The notes beneath the pieces were generated by a model. That model was given only the letters and a program-made list of their open reading frames with translations, searched no databases and was not told the origin of the DNA. 64,000 nucleotides of DNA from Myxococcales bacterium (GTDB lineage Bacteria; Myxococcota_A; Polyangia; Polyangiales; DASUME01). The stretch lies in the NCBI GenBank assembly GCA_047601445.1, contig JASGJH010000001.1, positions 6,240,001 through 6,304,000 on the forward strand, given 5' to 3'. Shown one piece after another: positions 29,415-42,500 of the stretch (position 1 is the stretch's first letter; each line of letters opens with the position of its first letter). A program made the translations under genes and the position numbers.

Positions 29415-29510
29415 TTACGTCTCGTTTCAGGTTGAAAAATTGGGGCTCAAGAACAGATTGGTGTTCTTGGGCCTTTTCGTTTTGGGGATCCTCGTTTCGC
29501 GGAGGCTTGT

Positions 29511-31226
29511 ATGAGCAAGAAGAAGTCGAAGTCCGATAAGACCGAGAAGGCGATCGCGCATGACGCTGACGAGGAGCTCGCTACGGAAGCCAAGCCTTCG
29601 AAGGTAGTGGCCAAGGCGACCGCTGAGCAGGAGGCCGAGGCGAAGGCCGCGAAGGACGCGGAGGAGCGCGAGGCCGAGGCCAAGAAGGCGGCCGCAAAGG
29701 AAGCGGAGGAGCGCGAGGCGGAAGCGAAGCGGGCTGCGAAGGCTGCCGCGAAGGAAGCGGAGGAGCGCGAAGCCGAGGCGAAGCGGGCCGCGAAAGCTGC
29801 GGCGAAGGAGGCCGAGGAGCGCGAGGCGGAGGCCAAGAAGGCGGCCAAGGCTGCTGCGAGGGAAGCCGAGGAGCGTGAGGCCGAGGCCAAGAAGGCGGCG
29901 GCCAAGTCCTCGAGCAAGGGCGCTCCGGCCGTCAAGGCCGGCTCGAAGCGACGCGCGGTGGTGGTGGGCGGAATGCGCACGCCCTTCGTGCGTGCGTTCT
30001 CGGAGTTCACCAAGCTCGACACCATCGCGCTCGGCGTGCTCGCCACCAAGGCGCTGCTCGAGAAGTTCGACATCCCGCGCAACGAGATCGACTCCATCAT
30101 CTGGGGCGGCGTCATCTTCCCGCCCACCGCGCCCAACCTGGCGCGCGAGATCGCGCTCGATCTCAAGCTGCCTGCGCACGTGGAAGGCATGACCTGCACG
30201 CGCGCCTGCGCCTCGGGTCTGCAGGCCGTCACGCTGGCTGCCGCGGCCATCGAGCGCGGCGAGGCCGACGTGGTGATCGCGGGTGGCTCGGACTCCACCA
30301 GCAACGCGAGCCTCACGTTCCCCACCAAGATGACGCACCTGCTCGCGCCGCTCGCGCTCGGCAAGGGGCCCACGCCGGCCGACATCCTCGGCGTGCTCGC
30401 GCAGATGGTGCCGCTCAGCGAAGTGCTGCCGAGCCAGCCCAAGATCTCCGAGCGCACCACGGGCGAAGTGATGGGTGAGTCGGCCGAGAAGATGGCCAAG
30501 CGCAACGGCATCACGCGCCAGGATCAAGACGAGTTCGCCGTGCGCTCCCATCAACGCGCCGCACGCGCTGTCGAGTCCGGTCGCTTCGCGGACGAGATCG
30601 TGCCGGTGAAGACCCGCGAAGGCGCCTGGGTGCACACCGACCGCATCGTGCGTGGCGACACCAGCGTGGCGCGCCTGAGCAAGCTGCGTCCCGCCTTCGC
30701 CGCCGACGGCACCGTCACCGCGGGCAACGCGAGCGCGCTGACCGATGGCGCCGCTGCCGTGCTCTTGATGAGCGAGGAGAAGGCCAAGGCCCTGGGCTAC
30801 GCGCCCCTGGCGGCGTTCCGCTCCTGGGCCTATTCCGCCGTGGATCCCTCGGATCAGCTGTTGATCGGACCCGCGCTCGCCATGCCCAAGGCCCTCGATC
30901 GCGCTGGGGTCGGGCTCTCCGACATCGACATGGTGGACATGCACGAGGCCTTCGCGGCCCAGGTCTTGAGCGTGCTCAAGATGCTCGGGAGCAGCTCCTT
31001 CGCGCGTGAGCGTCTGGGACGCGACAAGGCGATCGGCGAGGTGTCCACCGACATCCTCAACCTGCACGGCGGCTCGCTCGCGCTCGGCCATCCCTTCGGC
31101 GCCACGGGCGCACGCATGGTCACCACGGTGGCCAACGAGCTCTCCCAGGGCAAGCGCGAGCTGGCGTTGCTCGGCATCTGCGCTGCGGGTGGCTTGGGCG
31201 CCGCGGCGGTGATGGAAGCACTCTGA
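29511..31226 (+). CDS. Acetyl-CoA C-acyltransferase (FadI-type thiolase) with an E/A/K/R-rich N-terminal extension
   Basis: ACASG (Cys), MHEAFAAQ, GHPFGATG (His) and ICAAGG (Cys). Confidence 0.92.
   Translation: MSKKKSKSDKTEKAIAHDADEELATEAKPSKVVAKATAEQEAEAKAAKDAEEREAEAKKAAAKEAEEREAEAKRAAKAAAKEAEEREAEAKRAAKAAAKEAEEREAEAKKAAKAAAREAEEREAEAKKAAAKSSSKGAPAVKAGSKRRAVVVGGMRTPFVRAFSEFTKLDTIALGVLATKALLEKFDIPRNEIDSIIWGGVIFPPTAPNLAREIALDLKLPAHVEGMTCTRACASGLQAVTLAAAAIERGEADVVIAGGSDSTSNASLTFPTKMTHLLAPLALGKGPTPADILGVLAQMVPLSEVLPSQPKISERTTGEVMGESAEKMAKRNGITRQDQDEFAVRSHQRAARAVESGRFADEIVPVKTREGAWVHTDRIVRGDTSVARLSKLRPAFAADGTVTAGNASALTDGAAAVLLMSEEKAKALGYAPLAAFRSWAYSAVDPSDQLLIGPALAMPKALDRAGVGLSDIDMVDMHEAFAAQVLSVLKMLGSSSFARERLGRDKAIGEVSTDILNLHGGSLALGHPFGATGARMVTTVANELSQGKRELALLGICAAGGLGAAAVMEAL
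29630..29906 (+). repeat. Coding tandem repeat, ~18-aa unit EAEEREAEAK(K/R)AAKAAAK
   Basis: Five AEEREAEAK cores, mostly at 54-bp spacing. Confidence 0.9.
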
Positions 31227-31244
31227 CGCGGGTCGGGGCGAAGC

Positions 31245-32225
31245 GTGGCGCGTCCTCAGCTTGATCTCTTCGAGCTCGCGCCACCTCAGCTCGAGGCCGC
31301 GGCGGTCCCATCCGAGCTCAGCGCGCTTGGGGCCGCATTGCCCTCGGGCGTGCGCTTCGGGACCATGTCGTGGACCTATCCCGGCTGGAAGGGCATCGTC
31401 TACGGCCCCGACGTAGTCTCGCAGCGCCTCGCGGCGCATGGGCTCACGGCCTACGCCAAGCATCCACTCCTGCGTTGTGTCGAGATCGATCGCACCTACT
31501 ACGAGCCGATGTCCGAGGAGGAGCTGCGCGTGTTCGCCACGCAGGTTCCCGAAGACTTCCGCTTCGTGGTGAAGGCCCACGAGGACTGCACGGTGCGGCG
31601 CTTCCCGACCCACGCGCGCTACGGCAAGAAGCGCGGACTCGAGAACCCGCGCTATCTCGACTCCGCCTATGCCAGTGAGTTCGTGCTCGGTCCCTGCGTG
31701 CGCGGGCTGGGATCCAAGCTGGGCGTAGTGCTGTTTCAATTCTCACCCGAGGAGAGCGAGCCTCCCGGGGTGTTCGCCGAGCGCCTGCGGGATTTCCTTC
31801 GACGGCTACCGCGCGAGGTCCCGTGCGCCGTGGAGCTGCGTAACCCTCAGCTCTTCGACCGGGCCTACGCGCAAGCGCTCGCGGACGCCGGGGCCCTGCA
31901 CTGCCACAACGTGTGGGGCGCCATGCCCTCGGCGCTCAAGCAGGCAAGCCGCATCCCGCCCTCGGCGCGCAAGCCGCTCGTGATCCGCTGGCTCATGCGC
32001 GAGGGCGACTCGTATCAAGACGCCGAAGCGCGCTGCGCACCCTTCGACCGCATCGTGCGCGAAGACGAAGAGAACCGCCTCCTCCTCGCGCGCTTGGTAG
32101 CCAAGGCACACGCCCACGACGTGCCCGCCTACGTGCTGGTCGACAACAAGGCCGAGGGCTCGGCACCACACAGCATCGTGAGGCTGGCGGGGGCGTTCAT
32201 GGAGCACTGCCACAGCCCACCGTGA
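31245..32225 (+). CDS. DUF72 (YecE-like) protein
   Basis: GTMSWTYPGW, VEIDRTYY, FRFVVKA, LFQF, VELRN and NKAEGSAP. Confidence 0.9.
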   Translation: MARPQLDLFELAPPQLEAAAVPSELSALGAALPSGVRFGTMSWTYPGWKGIVYGPDVVSQRLAAHGLTAYAKHPLLRCVEIDRTYYEPMSEEELRVFATQVPEDFRFVVKAHEDCTVRRFPTHARYGKKRGLENPRYLDSAYASEFVLGPCVRGLGSKLGVVLFQFSPEESEPPGVFAERLRDFLRRLPREVPCAVELRNPQLFDRAYAQALADAGALHCHNVWGAMPSALKQASRIPPSARKPLVIRWLMREGDSYQDAEARCAPFDRIVREDEENRLLLARLVAKAHAHDVPAYVLVDNKAEGSAPHSIVRLAGAFMEHCHSPP

Positions 32226-32285
32226 TCCGACGCCCCTAGCTGGTGGCCCATGGCAAGCTGTACGTGATCGTATCGTTCCCACACC

Positions 32286-33059
32286 TCACTTGCGCCTAGC
32301 GCCACCTCGCCCCGCGAACAACGACGGCGCAAAGCGATCCGCGTCCCCTTCGTTCCACCGCAAGTACGCCACCGCCCGTCGTGCCTGGCTGTAGGTCTCC
32401 ACCAGCAGCTTGTAAGCCCGCTGGCGCTCGCGATTGAGTTGGCCCTGTTCGCTCAGCGCCTGTTCGCGCGCGCTGAGGACGCCGAAGATGTTGTGCGCCA
32501 GCGTGTCGGCTTCCTCGATGTCTTGCAGCGTGACGCTCAGTTTGCCGTTGAGTCTCGGCCAGCCCTCGCGCAGCGCGCCCGCCAAGCCTGCGAGGTCCAG
32601 GGCCATGTTGCGATGGGCGCTTGACCCGCGCAGGTCTTTCAGCACCGTGCTCTCCAGTAGACCTAACTTGGCGAGCAACGTGACCTGTGACAGCAAAATG
32701 TGGCGCACGGTGCTGCCTCGCTGAATCAGCTCCGGCATGACCTCAGGCGGCGTGGCTATCGACGTCCAGCGCATGTGCACGTGACCCAGCGCGTAGGCGT
32801 AGAGCTCGAGCTGGTCGAACTCGCCAAGGTCGAACCTCGGCAGCTCCGCTTCGATCGCCGGACGCAAGCTGCGCATGAGCTTCACGGAGCCGAGCACTTG
32901 GCTCACCGCGCTCGGGATCTCCAAGTTGATGTGCGGCGTGTTCTCTTCGGGAATACGTTCGATGCGCTCCTTCACCTGCTCGTAGGCTCGCCGCCACGCT
33001 TCGACCTCGGCGGAATCCGGGCTCAGGCGGCGGTACTTTGCTGGTAGGTCGGGAACCAC
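32286..33059 (-). CDS. Hypothetical helical protein
   Basis: 257-aa ORF with coding-like usage ending RRAVAYLRWNEGDADRFAPSLFAGRG; start uncertain. Confidence 0.7.
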   Translation of the reverse strand: MVPDLPAKYRRLSPDSAEVEAWRRAYEQVKERIERIPEENTPHINLEIPSAVSQVLGSVKLMRSLRPAIEAELPRFDLGEFDQLELYAYALGHVHMRWTSIATPPEVMPELIQRGSTVRHILLSQVTLLAKLGLLESTVLKDLRGSSAHRNMALDLAGLAGALREGWPRLNGKLSVTLQDIEEADTLAHNIFGVLSAREQALSEQGQLNRERQRAYKLLVETYSQARRAVAYLRWNEGDADRFAPSLFAGRGGARRK

Positions 33060-33542
33060 TGTGTACTTCGGTCATGCAGATCCTGTTGGCAGTGCAGAAC
33101 AGATATCGGCCTCGCGGGGGCCAGGTTGCGTGCAAAACAGAAGAGCTCGCGCGCGACAGGATGTGAGCCGATAGTTCAACTATTGCGATCTAGGGTGCGG
33201 CGACCTGGCTTTGGTTGAAACCTTCGCTCGCTGTCGGCGCAGATTGTCCGCATTAGTCGAAGCATCCACGACGATGTGGTCACGCGAGTCTAGAAAGTGT
33301 CAGTTCGGACTCTCTCTTGATGTCGATTGAAAGCGCACTAACTATGGAATGCGCAAGGCAGCTTGCTGCGCGCTGCGTTCACCGCTGACCGTAACAGATA
33401 CCTACGCTTTAACCGTGCCCCCAACCTGGACGCGCGAAAGCGCATCGCGTAGTTCAAGGACGACAACTTCTCCGATCCTTGTCCCGGACTTGGGCACGCG
33501 CGCTGCCGCGCCGACGCCTTGGTGTTTGGGCGAAAGGCACCC

Positions 33543-36500
33543 GTGCGCGCTCTGCGATTTCTTCCGGTCCTCGCCTCTGTCACTCTCCTCAGCTGCCTCG
33601 CTCCCGGCGATGAGGGCGAGCCCTACGACGACGAACTCGACGCGGGCATGGAGGAGAACTCCGATGCACCCGTCGTTCACGGCGTGGAACAGGGGCTGCA
33701 AACAAGCCTATGCGGCAACGTCGCGGGCCTGCAGGCGAACGCAGGATCACCTATGCGCGGAGGCTGCCCGACCCACTCTGCGCAGAGCTCGCTCTACGGG
33801 CCCGCAACGCTCCCCGCGCAACCCAACTGGGCGCGCGACACGCTGTGGGACGTGCGCTCCGCGCCGGCTGTGGCCGCTGACGGCACCATCTACTTCGGGT
33901 CCGACGACAGCTACTTCTACGCCATCAACCCGACCAACGGCACCGAGAAGTGGAAAGTGTTCCTGTGGAACCAGATCAAGTCGAGTCCCGCCATCGCGGC
34001 CAACGGCACCATCTACGTGGGCTCCAACGCGAACAAGATCCACGCCATCAGCCCCACCACGCACGCTGAGATCGCAGCTTTCGACACCTTCGACGACGTG
34101 ACCGCGTCCCCTGTCATCGGTGGCGACGGCACCGTGTACATCGGAAGCAAGACCGGCAAGTTTTACGCCCTCAACGCCAGCCTCGGAAAGAAGTGGGAGT
34201 TCACCACCGGCGGCGCCATCCGCACCTCCGCGGCCGTCGGTCCCGACGGCACCATCTACTTCAGCTCTGACGACAACAAGCTCTACGCCCTCACGTCGAC
34301 CGGCGCGGCCAAGTTCCCCGCCAAGACCCTCGGCGTCACCAACACCGAGTCCTCCCCCGCCGTGGCCAACGGCAAAGTCTACGTGGCCTCCAACGCCAAC
34401 AAGCTTCATGCGTTCGATGCGGTGACCGGCAACCTCCTCTGGGAGCGCACCCTCGGCAGCGGCAGCTCTTACGTGGGCTCCCCCGCAGTCGATGCCAACG
34501 GCGTCATCTATATCGGCGGCGGCGATTTCAAACTCCACGCCTTCACTCCCGACGGCGACGAACTCTGGGCGTTCCCGACCCTGGGCGCCATCCTCGCCGC
34601 CCCCGCCATCGACCGTGGCGGGAACATCTACTTTGGCAGCGACGATGATTCTCTTTACTCCGTCGACGCCGGCGGCAATCTGCGCTGGAAATACACCACC
34701 TGGAACAACGTCGAAGGGCACCCGGTGATCGGTGCGAACGGCGCGATTTTGGTGGGCAGCGATGACAACAAGCTGCACAGCGTGGGCGCGGCAGGGCCGG
34801 CGCCCAAGGCGGTGGGGCAGACTTGTGCGCTCGATGCGGATTGTGCGCAGGGGTTGATCTGTGGGGATGGGAATGGCGCGAGGTACGGCCTCGCGGCGAC
34901 TGCTCGCGCCTGCTGGGAGCCGAGTTGCCAGAACGGAGTAAAGGACCAGGGGGAGACCAAGGTCGACTGCGGTGGTCCGTGCGGAACTTGCAACGCGATC
35001 TGCGTGAGTCCGTGCGTGCTCGGGGAGCAAGTTGCTCCGCCCGCGATTGCATCCCTGAACTTCGAAGCCGGAACCTTCGTACGTGGCAGCCTCGCGACGT
35101 TTACCAAGGAGGACGGAACCATCGAAAGGGCCACTGCGCACCAGCTTCGGTACCTCAGTTCGCCTGGCAAGAAGCGCATCGCCCTCTTCGAGGGTGAGCG
35201 CACCAATACCGTCATTCGCTCGGAAGAGCTGAACAAGATCCCCGGCTGGTTTGTGCCCGACTTCTTGGTCGGGGCCCCGATTCAGCTCCAGGTCGATGTC
35301 GGCACGGCGCCGGACGGCACCACCAGCGCCGACAAGCTCCTCGCTCCGAACGGAGGGATTCCCGCTACGATTCAGCTCGCAGCGAACCCCAATGGCGCCG
35401 GCACCTTAAGTGCCTTCGTAAAGAACGCGGGCTCAAATGCCGGCAAGACACGCCTCATCTTGTTCGATCCCATTGTCAGCAACCTCTACGCGAACGCAGA
35501 CGCGTGGGACCTGCCTACTCAGTGGAAGCGCTTTGACAAGGATTCGCAGGCTGCAGCCATCCCACTGTACCTGGCGGCCTCTCATGTACAGAACTACCCG
35601 GCCGGGTTCGGCGATTTGATTCCCTCTCTGCCCGCGGCCGACTACTTCCTCTGGGGCGTGCAGTGGGAATCCGGCTCGTTCCCGAGTTCCTATCTCCCAA
35701 CGAACGACCAGTATCGGAAGCGCAATCCGGACCGCCTGACCTATCCCGCTGCGCAGGTTCCGGCGTGGATGCGTTCGGGAGTCTGGCAGTTCGATGTAAT
35801 GCCCGAGTATTCGAGTGCCGAGCTTCAGAATGGAGAACAGTTCGTGCTGTTCTCGTTTGGAGGCGCTGCGAATACGGTCTCTCTTTCCAAGACCGGCGGA
35901 ACCGGTCATCTCATTCTGAAGGCTGGCGGAGTAGTCGCCTTCGACGGTTCGTTTTCGTGGCAGCGTGGGCAAGTCATCACGGTGACCGTCGACACGGCGG
36001 CGGGCCTTGCTCACTTGAAGGGGCGCGAGTTTGATGCGTGGACGACACCGCACGCTTTCTCGTTCGGCTCCGGTGACCTTCGCGTAGGCGGCATTCTTGC
36101 TGGTGCGACCGAAGCATTCGCTGGGTTGACGGAACCCAGGCAGGTGACGGCACCCGCCGTAGTTTGTCAGCCGGACCCAAGCTGCACGCTCTGCGGCGAC
36201 GGCCAAGTCTCTGCGGGCGAGACCTGCGACCCCGGCACAAATCCTCGTTGTGCTGGCGATTGCCTGGCCGAGAGCGGGCTAACACTGTGCGACACCGCGG
36301 ACGGCTGCGTTTGTCCCCCGGGAACGAGTCTGCCAGTCCAGCGCAACGGTGGCGCGTTCGGTGCTTCGGCGTCGCGCTTCGTTTGTGTCCCTACCGCGCT
36401 CTGCCCAGCTCAATGCGGCAGCATCGACGGAGTCTGTGGCCTGTGCCCGGCCTGCGTTCCTCACTGTGAAGGAGCAACGTGCGGCTCTCCAGGCGACGGT

Positions 36501-39500
36501 TGTGGCGGAAGCTGCCCAGTCTGTCAGGGCGGTCAGACCCCGCCAGACGAAGAAGGCTGCGCTCCAGGATACGTGCTTGGCGATGGCAATGGATGGCGCT
36601 TCCTCGGAGGCGCAAAGGACGAGCGCAGTGTGTGCTGGCCCCGGATCTGCGAGTTCCCGGATGAGCGCAGAATTCCCTGCGGACAGCCGACGGATCCTTG
36701 TGGTGTGTGCGATCCCGAAGTGCTCACTCAATCATTCAACGGAATTCTCGATAAGAAGCGAACTGCTCCGGCGTGTGCTGCCGGCATGGTCAGCAACTCC
36801 GTGGGTGCCTGTCTTCCCGTTGTTGACGCAAAGCTCACCACCTTGGCTTCTCCTGATGCCGTGGGGGCCCTTTCCGGTGCCTTCAGCGTCGAGTTGAACG
36901 GCTCTGCCACATATTCCGTGCCGGTCAACGTGCCTCCTGGTCGTGGTGGCCTGGCACCAGAGTTGGCCTTGACCTATCGCAGTTCCAGCGGAAACAGCTT
37001 GGTCGGCTTTGACTGGTCGATCTCTGGCCTCTCGGCCATCAGCGTCTGCCAACCGACGGTGGTTCAAGACAAGACGCTCAGCAGCCCCGCTTCCGTCATG
37101 GTTCCATTCTGCTTGGATGGTCGAAGACTCATCCCCAAGTCATACGACGCAACCTTGAACCGTACAGAGTGGAGAGTTGAATTCGATCCTGCCGTCCGCG
37201 TTTTTAGCGATGGCGATCAGGACGCGCGCCATGGCTTGCCGACCGGCGACATCGCCCCACAGAGTTGGACCGTCGAAACGGGCGACGGGCGAAAGTCGGA
37301 GTATGGGCTCGATGATCTATCCCGGCTCGACAGAAACAGCTTCGGAGTTCTTCCGGTCGAAGGATCCTATGGCCACATCGGGGCAAGGGCCTGGGCAATA
37401 AGCCGCATTACCGATCGAGCGGGAAATCGCATCAACTTCCAGTATGCGGATAACGGTACGAACCAAGCAGCCAAGCCCGCTTGGATTGGATACAACCCGG
37501 TCACTGTCAACGGAAACGGCGACGACGCGACCTCGGAAATCGTATTCACATACGACGCCCCGCAACAGAACGGCTTTGAGGTGCTCCCGCGTCCCGACGT
37601 GTTTTTTGGCGCGCAGTACCGAGAGGGGATCCATCGGGTCGACCGCTTGGCGAAGATTGAGGTACGATCGTTTGGACGCGTACTTCGGTCATACGTCATA
37701 TCAATCAAAACCAGTGGCAACGGTCTAACCCTGGTGGACCACATCACTGAATGTGCGGGACCCGGGGATGGACATTGCACCTCACCGACCAAGTTCACGT
37801 ATGCGCCATCGGACAGGACCACTTTCAAACTGACCGACCCATCGGTTCCAGCGCCAAGTGATGGCAAGCACCAGCAGGTGGGGCTCGATTGGAATTCCGA
37901 CGGCTTCGATGACCTTGCAGTTTTCGACGGAAATCGATGGGACGTGTTTCTAGGAAGTTCCTCTGGGCTTGCCATGGCCGCGACGAGTTCTTTCTCTGCA
38001 AAGCCGCTTCGCGCGACCAAGAACGCCGCCGGCTTTTTGACACAACCTGTCTTTGTGCTCGATTTTGAGCAAGACGGGCAACAGGATGTCATCCTCGAGT
38101 CGGTCGATACGCAGAACAAGGCTGCTCTTGTTCGGGTCTCTGCCTTCCACAGCCCGCAGGTGTTGTACGTACCATGGCCCAGTGGAATGCCCGCAAAGAA
38201 CGGGCAATTCGTTGCCTTCGATGCCAACGGAGACAGTCTCGACGACTTCCTCTACTGTACCGGGGATTCACGCAAATGGCTTCTGTTCAGGAATGCTGGC
38301 GGTTCCCTTTCCTCACCTGTGGAGATCGCGAACACGAAGGGGTTCTGCGACGACGCAGTCGTGATGCCTACACAGTGGGGCAATGAAACGGTGCTCTGGA
38401 CCGAGCGTCGCGACGGCGACATCATGCAGCTCGACAGCGGCATGTTCACCGCGGCCTTCTACGCTCACCCGACGCCGCCCGCTGACGGTCTTGACCCCGA
38501 CCCCGCCATCGACCTTGTTGGCCTCTCCGATGTGAATGGCGACGGCTTGGGTGATGTGATTCGTGCCTCGGAGGTGCAAGAGGGGTCCGACGACTGGGGT
38601 AAGACGCTCTTCAAGATCTACGCTGGGACCGGTGGCACGCCGTACTACTACGGTGTCGGGCGCCGCTTGACGGGAAATCTGGGTGAAAAAGTCTACGCAG
38701 CTGCGACTTCCGTTCGGACCATGGATTTTGATCGCGACGGCAAGCAGGATCTGCTTCTTGCAACGACGGATTTCGATCGCACGAAGACGACTTGGGACTT
38801 CTATAAGGAGTCACGCGTGCCGTCCGGCCCCACCTGGCCCGTCACCTATGGAGAGGATCTGAAGGGCTTTCAGACCGTCGTCATCAACAGTCCCTACGCG
38901 GCGCCCGAGTTCATCGACGTCAACGGCGATGGCGCAGCAGATCTCCTGGCCGACGGAAGGCTCTACTGGGGCCAGCAACCAAACGCAAACCTTCTAACTG
39001 GTATCACGATCTCATCGCACGCGTCCGATGTCCCCGATGGGCTTGAGATCAACTACACAACGGGTATTGGTTCCGGCGTTTATCAACCTGGAGGAAGTGG
39101 AAATGGTTGCGACGACCGTCTAACTACCACCGCCATGTGCATGCGCCGATTGCCGCATCCCGTGGTCGCAAATTGGACACGCCGTTCGTTCAAGCAAGCT
39201 GCTGCGGATCCGCAGATCGTTCGCAGCTCTGGCGAGGTGTATACATACGAGGACTCGCGCTACGACAGGCTAGGCCGAGGGTGGCTTGGCTTTGGGAAGC
39301 GAACCGTCTATCGCTTCGGATTCGACGGCGTCCAATCTTCAACCGTCGAGGAGCACTACGACCTGAGTCGGGTCAGCCAAGGGGATCAGGATACGGGGGT
39401 CGTCCCGTACTTCGCGCAGCTACCGTTAACCCAAGGCCAGAGATGGGGCGCCCTCGAGCGCCTTGACTACTACTACTATCCGTACGTGTTTCGTCCTTCG

Positions 39501-42500
39501 CTCGTGCGTGAAACCACGAGTGCGCTGGGCGACGAAACAACGCGCGGCGGACTCATAACGCGGGTCCAGGAAACGTCGTACGAGTATGAGCTGATTCCGA
39601 CGGATTATGATGCAGTGCCATACACGGCTCTGCGCAGGTCCGAAGCGAAGCTCTTTGAGGGCGACGCCTTGGTTGATCAGGAGGTCTCCACCTATACCCA
39701 CGATTCATACGGCAATGTGAAAACCTGGGTCCGCTCGTTTCCCCTCGAGCCAAACGACGCCATGGAGACTCGGTTCAACTCCTTCGCACACGAGTCTGAT
39801 CCGAGCCGAATTGATAGATGGCAGGTCGCTCTCCCTGCTGAGGAGGCTTTTGTGGCCACGCAGGGACCTGAAGACGTCCCTCTCGTCGCCATCAAGAACC
39901 TTGAATACGATTCACAGGGGCTCGTGTCCGTGGTGTTCCTTAACAAGGACGACGCACTCCGAGCAGCGGGTTCAAAGACAACATTCGGAAGAGACCCGTG
40001 GAACAACATCGGAAGTGCGACCGTCGAGCCCTTGGAGGGGCCTGCTGAACTAAAGGTGACCTCCGTACAGTTCGACTCGCTTGGCATTCTACCTACGGCA
40101 GTTACGAATCCCGCGGGGCATGTGGACCACTATGACTTTAGCTTCGCCGACGGTCGGCTGGTCAAGCATACGGACTCGAACTCGCTTGTGAGCGAATGGC
40201 AGTACGACGGGTTCGGTCGCCTGGTTGCTCGTTCATCGGCGGGAATTTCCGAAACATTCAGATACTCTGCCGCGGCATACAGCGAGTCCGAGGTCCTGTC
40301 TGTCAATGCTGTGACCTCAATCTTGATCTCGACGGTAGCGGGCGGCTTGTCTTTGGAAGAGACGACATTCGTTAGCCAGGATGGTGACGTTGTCGGCCAG
40401 AAGTCACCGGGCTTTCAGGGAACCGTCGTCCTTCAGGAGTTCACCTACGACGGCCTAGGTCGTCGAACGCAGGCAAGTCGACCGCATTTGTCGGGCGACA
40501 GAACTCAGGGAAGCCAGTCCTACGACTATGACGCTTGGGGGCGTCTCGTGAAGACGAGAGCCGCCGACAGTACAGAAACGAAGTACTTCTATGCCAGCTC
40601 GGCAACGACCAGCTACGATCCAAGCACCATTCAAATGAGTCCAAGGGCTCGTTGGATCACTACCACCGAAACACCCAAGCATGAACGACTGATTCGGCAG
40701 CTCGATGCAGACGGCCAGGTGCTGGTGATGCATGATGCAGGTGGCCAGGCGGTCTCAACGTTTGAATACGGCATTGGCGGGTTCGTAACGGGCATTGTGG
40801 ATCCGGACGGGAACCGTACGGTGCGTGTGCCAGACCTTCAGGGACGGCTAAGGGAACTCCACGATCCCGACACGGGCGATCACTCGTTCGACTACAAATG
40901 GAGCGGCGAATTGAAGTCGCACATTCAGAACGGCGAGGAGAACGCGTTCGACTACGATTCCATCGGGCGTCTGTTGGTACGAACCAATCGAGACGGAGAG
41001 GCTAGATGGACCTGGGACCACGACGAGCTAAGAGGGGTCACGCGCGTCGGCGCACTGCTTCGGACCACTAGCCCGTCTGGGAGTGCTGAAGAGCTGTCGT
41101 ACGACCACCCGTATGGCGCGCTGACCTCGATCAAGAGGACGTTCAAGAACCCGAGGGGAGATGTCGAACTCGCGGTAGGTCTCGAATATGACGCCTTCCT
41201 GCGCCCAGAGTTCATCCAATATCCGGGTGCACTGCGAATCAAGAACGAATACGACGGCGCCTTCTTGTCGCAAGTGCGGAACGCGAACGTCAGCGCCGAG
41301 GTGTTCTGGAAGTTGGAGGCTGCTTATCAGGGATATCTCCCGTCGCGCGTTGCGCTAGGCACTAGCAATATGAGGCAGTTCACAACCTACGAGCCATCGA
41401 CCGGTCGTGTCAGCGGACTTCAGACGACTGCTCCCGGACAGCAGGATCTGGTTTCTCAGACGATGGGATACGATCCGAATGGAAGAACTGAGTGGCTTCA
41501 CGACATCCCCCACGTGGCGGAGAACAAGTTCGTGTACGACGACTTGGGGCGCCTCAAGTCCGTTAGACGTCGATTTGGTTCGGCATCCGATCCCGATCTT
41601 GCGCACTTCGACTACTCGCCATCAGGCAGGATCCTCAGCAAATCCGACGTCGGAACATACGTCTACGATCCGAGCAATGGGCATCCTCATGCGGTGGACA
41701 GTGTTGTCGGACCGGACGGGACGACCAGCTACTTCTACGACTCATTCGGAAGGCTGGAGCGACGCACTGGGCCAGCTATTCCATCCGGCGAGCAGAAGCT
41801 GGCGTATGACGGGACAGGCCTGATCAAGACGATCGAAAGCAACGTTGAAGGGTTGCGCGAGTACTCGTACGGTGCATCTGGCGACAAGATGATGGTGATT
41901 TCCAAGCCATCCGCTGAATCGCCGGCTTCATCGGTAGCTCTTTTTCTCGGCAAGTGGTTCGAGCAGCGGCAGGCGGCTGAGCAGGGGCCCTGGACCGAGA
42001 TATCGCGAATCTTTGCAGCGGGAACGGCGATCGCTGAAGTCATTACGGTCAACGGCGCAGAACGCAAAGTGAGATACCTGCATCGGGATCACCTCAATTC
42101 GGTTGTCGCAGTCTCCGACGGCGATGGAGGTAATCGCGAGGTCAGGTCCTTCGGATTCTTTGGCGAGAACGAGAGTGTGGAGGAGGCGGTCGAGACCCTC
42201 GGGTACACGGGGCATCAACACGAGCCCGACACATCGTTGATAGACATGGTTGGCCGGCTCTACGACAGCTATATCGGTCGATTCGTAACGCCAGATCCCG
42301 GGATCCCGAACCCAGAATCCACCCAGTCATATGATCGCTACGCGTACGTGTTCAACGACCCACTCACGCTGATCGATCCGTCTGGCTTCGTCCCAGACAT
42401 GCCACCGTCGCAACCACCGTCCAACTGCGATACGGACTGCCAAGTCCCTCCGCAAGGTGGCGTTGGAATCGGAGGACGAAGTCGCGAAGCGCGCGAAAGT

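Noticed and set aside
33491..33507. Sigma54-like GGGCACG-N4-CTGC upstream of the Rhs gene; also short palindromes at 33171-33183 and 13426-13439
   Set aside because: Weak or single occurrences with no corroboration
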